Numbered from the stretch's first letter, positions 18,190 to 27,204 are shown. The stretch: DNA of 27,921 nt from Candidatus Hermodarchaeota archaeon (GCA_048886185.1 JBHLKY010000034.1:1-27921); one strand, 5' to 3'. Notes: generated by a model not told the origin, from the sequence alone. A program made the numbers and translations.

Positions 18190-20334
18190 TTATTTTCCCG
18201 TTGCAGTAAATAATCGAATCTCTTTAAAAGGTTGAAAAAGGTATCCTGAACCTTGGAAGTGAATTTTTGAAAAAAATTCCACCCAGCAAAGACGCAATGA
18301 CTGAAGGAATGATACTAATAATTCTAAAGGAATAACCACAAATCCACCTAATATCATCCCAGGAAGGTATTCGATAAGAGTATGGGCATTTCCAGAGAAT
18401 AGCTGTATGAAGACCAAAGAAAGAGAGCCATGAACCATTGTATAAGCAAATATTCTGGCGAATGATATTGTATTTGATATCATAGTGATTAAATAATCAA
18501 GTAACTCACCAATTCCATCCATTCCATGTTTAAAATGATAAATGGATGATAGAACCAGAGGTACTATGACTAACGCAAGTGGATAACTTATGTTCAATAG
18601 AGGAACAGGTAAGACTGGTATTCCCCAGTTTGAAACACCAAGACCATCAAATAACTCACCAACAGGACTGATAAAGTCAATATGATGGTGATGCATGTAT
18701 TCTTCCTGACTATGGGCAATGGTTTGTAATGCTTTTAAATCGAATGTTCCCTCAGTAGCAGATAACCATAATGTTGGATTAGGCCCAAATGTGAATACCA
18801 AAAATATCAACCCAACATAAAATAAGAAAAACATGCCAGGTAAAAATATAGCTTCATTTTTATTATGACTCCATGCTCCTAAAAACTGTATAACCAGAGC
18901 AGATCCAATAACAAGAGCTCCTATAAAGATTGCTAGCTCTAATAATGCAAATTGACCTCCCTGTATCTCTGGTGAAAACCACAAAACTGGTAAGCCAACT
19001 TCTAATGCATGATGACCCCCAAGTCCCCTATAACTCCCGAAAAGAAATCCAAAAATCATGGCTGTAAACCCAATTGTTACTAATATGGGCCCCCCTTTGT
19101 CAAAATAGGATTGAAGTTCAGCCAGCATAGAATTCTGAGAGTATTTCTTTGGATTCAGTGATAAACCATACAAACCTAGAAGAAAGACCACAAGTCCATC
19201 AATAACATCACCAAACATGATACCAAAAAATATGGGAATTAGAAGACTTAAGAATTTAGTTGGATCCCATTCTTTATACCCAGGAACCCCAAAACCATAT
19301 ACAAGACCCTCGAAGGAACGTGAATAGATATTATTTCGTACTTTGGTAGGAAACTCACTGCTTTCTAGCTTTGGTTCAAGAATTTCAGCAGTTATTGAAG
19401 GATTAATATTCTGAATTTTCTTTAGAAACCGCTTCTTTTGCTTTGTTGGGAGCCAAGCCCATATGATATAATGTTCTTTACGTAATTGGGTTCGCTGTAG
19501 AATTCTTAACCGTTCTTCTTCTAAAGATAATTGTTCTTCCATTGCATGAATTTCGAGTTCAAATTCCTCAACTAATTCTTTCACACTATCTTGAAGTGCT
19601 TTTATTTCGTGTTCACGTTCTGTAAGTTCCTTCTCTGCTTGTTTAAGAGCTTCACTAGGAGTACCTTGAAGTTCCTTCGGAAATTTTACTTCTTCGAATC
19701 CTAATCCGCTTAAAAGGCGGTTCAAAGCTGATTGATAAGATTTCATTACCCCCACAAGGCAGGTCACCTTAACCTTTTTTGAAGGAACAGGTATAAAAAT
19801 AAAATCTCCCCCTGTGAGCTGATCTAATGCCATTTCAAGCCGATATTGATGGATCCCCTTCAAAAAGCCAAGAACAGCATAAAAATGACTCCCTTCTCCA
19901 ATATCTTGAATATTATGAATATCCAAATCTTTAATCTCTAATAATGACTCAATGAACTTTTTAAACTCATCCTCTTCATCTTTAAGCCATTTTATTGATT
20001 CTAATTTCTCTGTTAATGGTTTGATGGTTTCTAACAATGATTGTGCTTTATTATTGAGGTCAATTAATGAAAGGTTTTCAAAGTTCATATTCCCTTCTTT
20101 TTTTGAACTCATACTATCCAGAAGATCTGCTATTTTCTTAAACTCACTATGTAAATCAATGGTCTGTGTTTCAACATCTGAGAGTGGTAACGGTTCAGTT
20201 TGAGCAGTTTTCACTAAATCAATAATATCCAAATCTAACTTGCTACTATTACCGACTTCGTTTAGAAATTGCCTACCTAGCTCTTTTTTAAGTGAAACCT
20301 TTGCGATATTCATTTTTTGTGGGCGAAAACCCAA
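18190..20334 (-). CDS. atpI: A/V-type ATP synthase subunit I (homologue of eukaryotic V0 a)
   Basis: Soluble coiled N-terminal half; DPT...FFGIMFGD; SNTISFARIFA with the essential Arg; SLRLCWVEFFSK..G.G..FQPF. TTG start with GGAGG 7 nt upstream. Confidence 0.93.
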   Translation of the reverse strand: MGFRPQKMNIAKVSLKKELGRQFLNEVGNSSKLDLDIIDLVKTAQTEPLPLSDVETQTIDLHSEFKKIADLLDSMSSKKEGNMNFENLSLIDLNNKAQSLLETIKPLTEKLESIKWLKDEEDEFKKFIESLLEIKDLDIHNIQDIGEGSHFYAVLGFLKGIHQYRLEMALDQLTGGDFIFIPVPSKKVKVTCLVGVMKSYQSALNRLLSGLGFEEVKFPKELQGTPSEALKQAEKELTEREHEIKALQDSVKELVEEFELEIHAMEEQLSLEEERLRILQRTQLRKEHYIIWAWLPTKQKKRFLKKIQNINPSITAEILEPKLESSEFPTKVRNNIYSRSFEGLVYGFGVPGYKEWDPTKFLSLLIPIFFGIMFGDVIDGLVVFLLGLYGLSLNPKKYSQNSMLAELQSYFDKGGPILVTIGFTAMIFGFLFGSYRGLGGHHALEVGLPVLWFSPEIQGGQFALLELAIFIGALVIGSALVIQFLGAWSHNKNEAIFLPGMFFLFYVGLIFLVFTFGPNPTLWLSATEGTFDLKALQTIAHSQEEYMHHHHIDFISPVGELFDGLGVSNWGIPVLPVPLLNISYPLALVIVPLVLSSIYHFKHGMDGIGELLDYLITMISNTISFARIFAYTMVHGSLSLVFIQLFSGNAHTLIEYLPGMILGGFVVIPLELLVSFLQSLRLCWVEFFSKIHFQGSGYLFQPFKEIRLFTATGK

Positions 20335-20341
20335 TTATACG

Positions 20342-20346
20342 CCTCC
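20342..20346 (-). promoter_or_regulatory. Shine-Dalgarno site for atpI
   Basis: GGAGG on the minus strand 7 nt upstream of TTG 20334. Confidence 0.65.
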
Positions 20347-20539
20347 ATAGTAACTATTTGACGGGTATTCTATTGATTCTCGACTTTGAACATAATATTA
20401 TTAATTATTTCGATAAAAATAAGCGAAGAATGAAAAGATAATTAATACAGTTCAGGGAGAAAAGAAAAGAAAGAAAGGAAAATTCATTGGTTAAAAGAGA
20501 GTCTTTCAATAAAATCCATTAAAATGCAAGGGAATCATA

Positions 20540-21616
20540 TTGGATAATATTCAAGTCAAATCTATTGAAAATACATCAGTCAACCATTCTTTTCCTGATA
20601 TATTCTCTGATTTCTTTTCCACGATAACTTCCAATGAAATCATTACCTATTTACGAAAAAAACGCGAAGAACAAAGAATATTGAAAGAAATATCTCTTTC
20701 AGACCTGTTTTCTTTACATGAAAGATACAGTTCGTTGAACACAATCTCATATCAGGTTCATATATCAGAAACGATTGAATTAATTGAGGGAAGAATAGTC
20801 TCAAGTGATATCAACCAATATCGTGGATTATTATTGAATATTGAGCGAGCTATGAGCTATTTTTACTTGTTTTATTGGATTTTCCGTTTTTTTAAATATT
20901 CTAATGCAACTAGGATTTCTCTCGAAAGTTATTCATTATTTCGACGTATGTTTGAACATCTATGGCAAATACAATATCCATGGGATTTGATCCGTCCAGC
21001 AAGAATTTCACGACCTTTGAATTACACAGAAACTCGTGAGATTCAAAAGATCGTTACTTATCAGCAGAAAAAAGCTTGGCAAATTGCAAAATTCATTGAA
21101 AAGAAGGGAGACGTCAAAGAATCACTAAAAGAGGTGGAAATTCTTCCACATATAATAAAATCTATGGGCATTACTGGACCAATTGCACGAATTTCAGGAA
21201 ATTTTCCCTTGTTGATACCACCATCATCAGTCCATACACGACGATCAGCACAACTTTTTCTCAAGTATGCTTATTCCAATGATAATAATCTATTAAGTAT
21301 TTTGAAAATAAGTTATGCTGAATTAATTCTTGCATTAAATAGAATTTCTCAACTACTTGGAGAATTTCCTATTGAATCTCCCGAGATTCCGAAAACACTG
21401 GTGAATGGTGAAGCCACAACATCCTTTGAAACTGTATTTGGTAAATGTCATTTAACAATAAACATATCCGATAACAAGATCATCTATTACAATTTCATTC
21501 CCCCCCAAATGACGAATTTGACTGGATTCCTGGAAATTCTTTCAACAACACCAGTCTCTTTAAAACCCATCTTTTTGTTATTGTTCGATCCCGAAATCTC
21601 TTTAAAGGTTAAGTGA
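20540..21616 (+). CDS. Degenerate group 4 [NiFe]-hydrogenase large subunit / NuoD-fold protein lacking Ni-Fe cysteine ligands
   Basis: Colinear blocks: ERYSSLN...ETIELIEGRIV...YRGLLLNIERAMSY; MGITGPIARISG; GEATTSFETVFG; IPPQMTNL; LFDPEISL. These correspond to ERxCGxC...AVE...G.EVP...R....ELERI.SH, GVTGP.ARASG, GE...E.PRG, PS..NL and DPCxxC. Confidence 0.75.
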   Translation: MDNIQVKSIENTSVNHSFPDIFSDFFSTITSNEIITYLRKKREEQRILKEISLSDLFSLHERYSSLNTISYQVHISETIELIEGRIVSSDINQYRGLLLNIERAMSYFYLFYWIFRFFKYSNATRISLESYSLFRRMFEHLWQIQYPWDLIRPARISRPLNYTETREIQKIVTYQQKKAWQIAKFIEKKGDVKESLKEVEILPHIIKSMGITGPIARISGNFPLLIPPSSVHTRRSAQLFLKYAYSNDNNLLSILKISYAELILALNRISQLLGEFPIESPEIPKTLVNGEATTSFETVFGKCHLTINISDNKIIYYNFIPPQMTNLTGFLEILSTTPVSLKPIFLLLFDPEISLKVK

Positions 21617-21622
21617 GTAGCA

Positions 21623-21976
21623 GTGCTATCGATTCAACTTCAATTTCTTTTATTTATCTTATTCACTTTTATTCTTCTAATCTTAATAGCTTTGGATATT
21701 GATTATTTTAATCGTTTTCTTTCACAAGAGAAATATTGGAAAATAGCACCGAAACCCTATATTAAGAAGGATATAGGAGAAATTATTCAACAGCTTAATT
21801 CACATATTCAATCAGAAAGTCTTGCAAGAAGGTCAGTTCAAATTTGTCCTGTTGAAGCTTTAAAATTAATAAGAGATCATAAAAAAAACCTTATGATCTC
21901 AGAAAAAAGATGTCTGGGAGACACTTGTCTTGAATGCTTAAAATTAATCCCATCTCAAAGTACGAAATCGGAATAA
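21623..21976 (+). CDS. Membrane-anchored degenerate ferredoxin (NuoI/EchF-like), probably one [4Fe-4S] cluster
   Basis: N-terminal hydrophobic helix; QICPVEAL; CLGDTCLEC. GTG start 6 nt after the upstream stop. Confidence 0.65.
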   Translation: MLSIQLQFLLFILFTFILLILIALDIDYFNRFLSQEKYWKIAPKPYIKKDIGEIIQQLNSHIQSESLARRSVQICPVEALKLIRDHKKNLMISEKRCLGDTCLECLKLIPSQSTKSE

Positions 21977-22010
21977 TAGAAAATAAAGTTAATCAGAAAA
22001 AAGATGTAAT

Positions 22011-22031
22011 GGAAAAAGAGGGAAAGGAAAA
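22011..22031 (-). terminator. Pyrimidine-rich terminator candidate after ppsA
   Basis: 21-nt pure pyrimidine tract (TTTTCCTTTCCCTCTTTTTCC) on the minus strand immediately after the ppsA stop. Confidence 0.45.
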
Positions 22032-24479
22032 TTAGGGGATGATACCTAATTCCTTTTCTTTCTTGGCAATGTCAAGTTTCGTTTTTACAACAGTATCGGG
22101 ATTCAGACTCATAGAGTCAATTCCACATTCGACAAGAAAAGTGGCAAATTCGGGAAAGTCACTCGGAGCTTGTCCACAGATGCCAATTTTTTTACCTTTT
22201 GCTTTGGCAGTTTCAATAACTGACTTTACAAGTCGTTTCACAGAGGTGTCACGTTCATCATAGATATGCGCTACTAGTTCTGAATCACGATCAAGTCCAA
22301 GAGCTAATTGAGTGAGATCGTTACTTCCGATTGAAAATCCATCAAAAACTTCCGCAAAACCATCTGCTTCAATTACATTTGATGGAATCTCAGCCATGAC
22401 GTATACTTCTAATCCATTCTCACCTTGTTTTAAGCCAGCTTCAGCCATTGCAGAAATGACCTTTTTGCCTTCACCTACAGTACGACAAAAAGGTATCATG
22501 GTTATGACATTAGTCAGACCCATATCATCACGAACGCGTTTAATCGCTTTACACTCCATGATAAAAGCAGGTTTGAAGCTTGGGTCGTAATAGCGAGAAG
22601 CACCACGCCAACCAATCATTGGATTAGATTCATTGGGTTCATAAAGTGCTCCACCGATTAAATTGGCATATTCATTTGTTTTGAAATCAGATAATCTCAC
22701 TACAACATCATTTGGATAAAACCCAGCAGCAATACGCCCAATTCCCATCGCTAGATTTTCTATAAAGAATTCCTCTTTATCTTCATAAGCAGAAGTTTTT
22801 TCATCAATCTTTCTTATGATTTCTCGTATTTCTGGGTCTGTATCAGCTTTTTCTTTAAGATCTTTATAATGATGTAAAGCAAGAGGATGAATTCCAATAT
22901 ATGAGTTGATAATGAATTCTTCTCGAGCTAGGCCAACACCATCGTTAGGAATCTGCCCTTGGTCAAAAGCTTTCTCTGGAATGCCAACATTCATCATGAT
23001 TTTTGTTCGTGTTTTTGGCATTTCATCTAATAAAATTCTTTCGACTGTGAATGGAAGAATACCTTCATAGATAATACCTTCTTGCCCCTCCGCACACGAA
23101 GCAGTTACTTCCATGCCATCTTTCAGTACTTTGGTTGCATTCTCTGTTCCAATGACTGCTGGAATACCCAGTTCTCGTGATACAATAGCTGCATGACAGG
23201 TACGTCCACCACGATTTGTAATAATAGCTGATGCGATTTTCATGATTGGTTCCCAATCGGGATCTGTCATATCAGTAACTAGAACTTCTCCTTTCTTAAA
23301 CTCATGAATTCGAGATGACTTCTCGATAACATTGACCTTTCCCTGTCCTATTTTAGAACCAACAGCTTGTCCACGAATCAATTCAGATCCTTTTTCTCCG
23401 AGGACGTATGTTTCAATAACATTCGATGATTTCAGAGAGTGTACTGTTTCTGGCCGTGCTTGGACTATGTATAGCTTTCCATCACCCTCGTAATCCCCAT
23501 CTCCATTCTTAGCCCATTCAATGTCCATAGGTTTTCCATAATGCTCCTCAATGATGGTTGCCCATGTGGCAAGTTGAATAATTTCATCATCAGTAATACA
23601 GAAAGATTTTCGCATTGAATCTGGGGTATCTACATTTTTAGTTGGGCGACGTTGATCTGATGTATAAACCATCATTTCTTCTTTAGTCCCAAGACGTTTT
23701 CCAATTATTGGCCGTTTCCCATGTTTCAGGGTCGGTTTAAAAACATAAAATTCATCAGGATTCACAGCTCCTTGAACCACATTTTCACCGAGTCCCCAAG
23801 CGCCAGTTATAAAAACTGCCTCTTTGAAACCAGATTCAGTGTCAATAGAGAAAATAACACCTGATGATGCTGCATCCGAACGAACCATGACTTGAACACC
23901 TATCGAGAGATAAACATCAAAATGACCAAAACCTTTATCTTCACGATAACTTATCGCACGATTAGTAAAAAGACTAGCAAAACATGAACGACATGCAAAT
24001 AACAGAGACTCCTCTCCACGAATGTTTAGGTATGTTTCTTGCTGTCCTGCAAATGATGCATCTGGGAGATCCTCTGCAGTTGCACTTGATCGTACTGCAA
24101 CATCTACATCGTTTGTTCCTGTTTCTTCGCAAAGACGACGATACGCTTTTCGGATTTCTTCGTCTAAATCATCAGGTAGCTTAGCATAACGGATTATTTC
24201 TCTTACTTTTCTTCCACGTTCCTGAAGATTGCGAATATCATGAGTATCTAAGCCAAGTAATGCGTTTTTAACTGCATCTTCGATTCCAGCATCCTTTAGA
24301 AGATGACGATATGCAGCTGCAGTGATTGCAAAACCATTTGGGATCAAAACCCTTTTCTCTTTGAGACTATGATACATTTCACCCAAGGATGCGTTTTTTC
24401 CTCCAACTAAAGGCACATCTTCGATCCTAAGATCGTCAAACCAAATAATGTACTTCTCACTTTTATTTTCTGACATCAT
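22032..24479 (-). CDS. ppsA: Phosphoenolpyruvate synthase (pyruvate, water dikinase)
   Basis: VGGKNASLGEM; AVRSSATAEDLPDASFAGQQET; QARPETV; phospho-His motif GGRTCHAAIVSRE; DGFSIGSNDLTQL; ICGQAPSD. Confidence 0.97.
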   Translation of the reverse strand: MMSENKSEKYIIWFDDLRIEDVPLVGGKNASLGEMYHSLKEKRVLIPNGFAITAAAYRHLLKDAGIEDAVKNALLGLDTHDIRNLQERGRKVREIIRYAKLPDDLDEEIRKAYRRLCEETGTNDVDVAVRSSATAEDLPDASFAGQQETYLNIRGEESLLFACRSCFASLFTNRAISYREDKGFGHFDVYLSIGVQVMVRSDAASSGVIFSIDTESGFKEAVFITGAWGLGENVVQGAVNPDEFYVFKPTLKHGKRPIIGKRLGTKEEMMVYTSDQRRPTKNVDTPDSMRKSFCITDDEIIQLATWATIIEEHYGKPMDIEWAKNGDGDYEGDGKLYIVQARPETVHSLKSSNVIETYVLGEKGSELIRGQAVGSKIGQGKVNVIEKSSRIHEFKKGEVLVTDMTDPDWEPIMKIASAIITNRGGRTCHAAIVSRELGIPAVIGTENATKVLKDGMEVTASCAEGQEGIIYEGILPFTVERILLDEMPKTRTKIMMNVGIPEKAFDQGQIPNDGVGLAREEFIINSYIGIHPLALHHYKDLKEKADTDPEIREIIRKIDEKTSAYEDKEEFFIENLAMGIGRIAAGFYPNDVVVRLSDFKTNEYANLIGGALYEPNESNPMIGWRGASRYYDPSFKPAFIMECKAIKRVRDDMGLTNVITMIPFCRTVGEGKKVISAMAEAGLKQGENGLEVYVMAEIPSNVIEADGFAEVFDGFSIGSNDLTQLALGLDRDSELVAHIYDERDTSVKRLVKSVIETAKAKGKKIGICGQAPSDFPEFATFLVECGIDSMSLNPDTVVKTKLDIAKKEKELGIIP

Positions 24480-24733
24480 TTAACACGTCTATGAATTAAT
24501 AATGAAAATTATAGAATTCGTTGCTAATATTGGGTTATTTCGGCATGCAGCCTCTTTTAAACAAAAATATATATATGTAATTTAATACACAATTACGTAC
24601 ATTTTTGATTATAACATAGTAAAATCTTTTAGAGCTAAAAAATTATTTCTATCTAGAAAAATGGAAAGATAATGAAAAAAAGAATTAGAAGAAAAGAAAC
24701 CATATCTTCTACGTGTTTTATATGAATTAGATT

Positions 24734-26005
24734 TCAGATCTGCCTAAATTTAGCTCCTGCATAAGTAGCTTGATCACCCAGTTGTTCCTCAATTCGGATC
24801 AATTGATTATATTTTGATAACCTTTCAGAACGACATGGAGCACCAGTTTTAATCTGACCTGTTTTTAATCCAACCACTAAATCTGCGATAAATGAATCTT
24901 CAGTCTCACCTGATCTATGAGAGACCATCACTGTCCAATCATTATCTTGACTTAATTTTGCGGCATTGATGCTTTCTGTGATGGTACCAATCTGATTAAC
25001 CTTCAATAAAAGCGAATTACAGGCTTTGGAATCAATAGCTTTTTGAATACGCTTAACATTAGTGACCAATAGGTCGTCTCCAACAATTTGGAGCTTTTCT
25101 CCATTTCTCTGAGTGAATTTCTGAAATGTTATCCAATCATCCTGATCAAATGCATCCTCAATAGAAATTATAGGATATTTATCAATGAAGCTCTCATAGA
25201 CCTCTATGAAAGCATCTGAATCCAATGCTTTGCCATCAACAATATATTTCCCATTATCATAGAATTCAGATGCAGCTGGATCCAGAGCTAGCTTGAATTT
25301 TCCCGTATGACCAGCCTCATCTATCGCTTCCATTATAAGTTTTAATGGCTCTTCAACCAAACTTAAAGGAGGAGCAAATCCACCTTCATCACCTACATTA
25401 ATAGCAGTGGTCCCATGTTTCTTCTTGATGATTTTTCTCAAGGTATGATATACTTCAACACCCAGAACCATTGCTTCTTTGAAACTAGGTGCATCTAAAG
25501 GCATTAACATAAATTCCTGAAACGCAATGTCATTCCCACCATGTTTTCCACCATTAATGACATTTAGACTTGGTACAGGTAATATAAATTGATCATTACC
25601 TCGAAGATTTCCAATATGATGATACAAAGGAATACCTTGACTTATCGCTCCAGCCTTGCAAACAGCCATAGAAATCCCTAGGATGGCATTTGCTCCCAGA
25701 TTTGACTTATTCTCAGTGCCATCGATTTCAAGGAGGAGATGATCGATTTCTGTTTGATCTTGAGCATCCCTCCCAACTAGTTGGGGAGCGATAGTGCGGA
25801 TATTCGTAACAGCTTCTGACACTGATTTACCCATGAGTCTGGTACCTCCATCTCTCAATTCCAAGGCTTCATATATACCTGTACTAGCACCTGAAGGTAC
25901 CATAGCCCGAGTAAGAGTTCCATCATCAAGTGTGCATTCTACTTCGACCGTAGGATTACCCCTAGAGTCAAACACTTCTCTACCATGGATTTTTCTTATA
26001 CTCAT
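24734..26005 (-). CDS. eno: Enolase
   Basis: [10 protein letters not shown]; VPSGASTG; GDEGGFAP; LLLKVNQIG; SHRSGETED; [18 protein letters not shown]. Confidence 0.98.
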   Translation of the reverse strand: MSIRKIHGREVFDSRGNPTVEVECTLDDGTLTRAMVPSGASTGIYEALELRDGGTRLMGKSVSEAVTNIRTIAPQLVGRDAQDQTEIDHLLLEIDGTENKSNLGANAILGISMAVCKAGAISQGIPLYHHIGNLRGNDQFILPVPSLNVINGGKHGGNDIAFQEFMLMPLDAPSFKEAMVLGVEVYHTLRKIIKKKHGTTAINVGDEGGFAPPLSLVEEPLKLIMEAIDEAGHTGKFKLALDPAASEFYDNGKYIVDGKALDSDAFIEVYESFIDKYPIISIEDAFDQDDWITFQKFTQRNGEKLQIVGDDLLVTNVKRIQKAIDSKACNSLLLKVNQIGTITESINAAKLSQDNDWTVMVSHRSGETEDSFIADLVVGLKTGQIKTGAPCRSERLSKYNQLIRIEEQLGDQATYAGAKFRQI

Positions 26006-26108
26006 ATGAATATCTCCTAATTATATAACAAAAGTTGATGGATAATCGTTTTTGGGACATGCTACTAGAAAAATAAATCTCTGATAAACTTTTAGGTTTC
26101 ATTCTAAT

Positions 26109-26117
26109 AAAAAAAAA
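26109..26117 (-). terminator. Oligo-T (T9) terminator candidate after the lipid kinase gene
   Basis: T9 on the minus strand 12 nt past the stop at 26130. Confidence 0.45.
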
Positions 26118-26129
26118 GATCTTTGGTAC

Positions 26130-27083
26130 TTATTTTTTCTTCTGATCTATCTTTTTTTGCCAAATTTCCGAATATGAAAGCCAAGGGGAAGGAACTCTAA
26201 CCGTTAGAGCGTTAGGCTTAGTAATAAAGGTTTCAGGCAAATGACCTAATATCTCACCATCAACCTGATATAAACATTTCTTTTTTGGTGAATCCACATG
26301 CATTGAGGAGGTTTCAAAAGTTTCGACGCGTTTATGAGTTACATGCTTACCATCATAAACCTTAGGAAAAATTCTGAGAAGGGTGATCCGACTAATCTTA
26401 TTTAGAGCTGTTACAGTGAACTTACCATCAGTCACTTCTGCATCAGGACAGATGTGCATACCTCCTCCATACCTTTTTCCATTACCTATAGCAAGTAACA
26501 TTCTCTGACCTTCAATGAGATCGCTATTAATTTTAATACTTAAATCATAAGGTTTAAACTTCATAATTGTTTTTAAGAGAGCGATTTGGTAATTTCGTGT
26601 CCCGCTTAATCTTTTTGATCCTTTGTTTGTACGATCAGCCACCTCTGCGTCAAATCCCATTGAAGCAACTCCAGCAAAATAACGATTCGCAGCTTCACAG
26701 TAACCTACATCAAAATTTTTATTTTGCCCCTTTTTAAGACAAAGAATGGCAGCTTCCAAATCTCCTTCAGGAATCCCAAAAATAGTTGGAATGTCATCCC
26801 CAGTTCCAATAGGAATTGCAGCAAATACCCCAGGCTTTTCTGCTTTTAGTACGCCGTTAAGTACCTCATTTGCAGTTCCATCACCACCCACAGAACAAAT
26901 ATACTTGTAATCCTCAATTATTTGGGCTTGAGCTAGTTTAATTGCATGTTGAGGATGCGAGGTAAACTCAAAATCGTATTCCAAATTATATTTATCCAAA
27001 AGCGGGATAATTTGAGCATTCCATATCTTCTCAACACGTCCTCCAGCAGCAGCAGGATTAACAATAAAAAAAAACTCTTCCAT
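26130..27083 (-). CDS. Diacylglycerol kinase family lipid kinase (YegS/DgkB/BmrU-like)
   Basis: FIVNPAAAGG; VGGDGTANEV; IPIGTGDD; GVASMGFDAEV; NGKRYGGGM; QVDGE. Confidence 0.92.
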   Translation of the reverse strand: MEEFFFIVNPAAAGGRVEKIWNAQIIPLLDKYNLEYDFEFTSHPQHAIKLAQAQIIEDYKYICSVGGDGTANEVLNGVLKAEKPGVFAAIPIGTGDDIPTIFGIPEGDLEAAILCLKKGQNKNFDVGYCEAANRYFAGVASMGFDAEVADRTNKGSKRLSGTRNYQIALLKTIMKFKPYDLSIKINSDLIEGQRMLLAIGNGKRYGGGMHICPDAEVTDGKFTVTALNKISRITLLRIFPKVYDGKHVTHKRVETFETSSMHVDSPKKKCLYQVDGEILGHLPETFITKPNALTVRVPSPWLSYSEIWQKKIDQKKK

Positions 27084-27204
27084 GGTGGAATCCTCAAATG
27101 AAGGTGACCAATTTAGGTTTAAAAATTTAAGGAAGAATGCCCTTTTAAGAATGTACTTTGATCATTTTTCTTGATTACACGAAATATCAGAAAGAAACTT
27201 GGTT

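Noticed and set aside
20540-21616. Active [NiFe]- or [NiFeSe]-hydrogenase
   Set aside because: Both CxxC ligand motifs are missing and there is no in-frame UGA at a ligand position.
1540-26009. Remaining 60-93 aa ORFs nested in or antisense to larger genes
   Set aside because: All overlap motif-supported CDSs and show no protein-like signatures.
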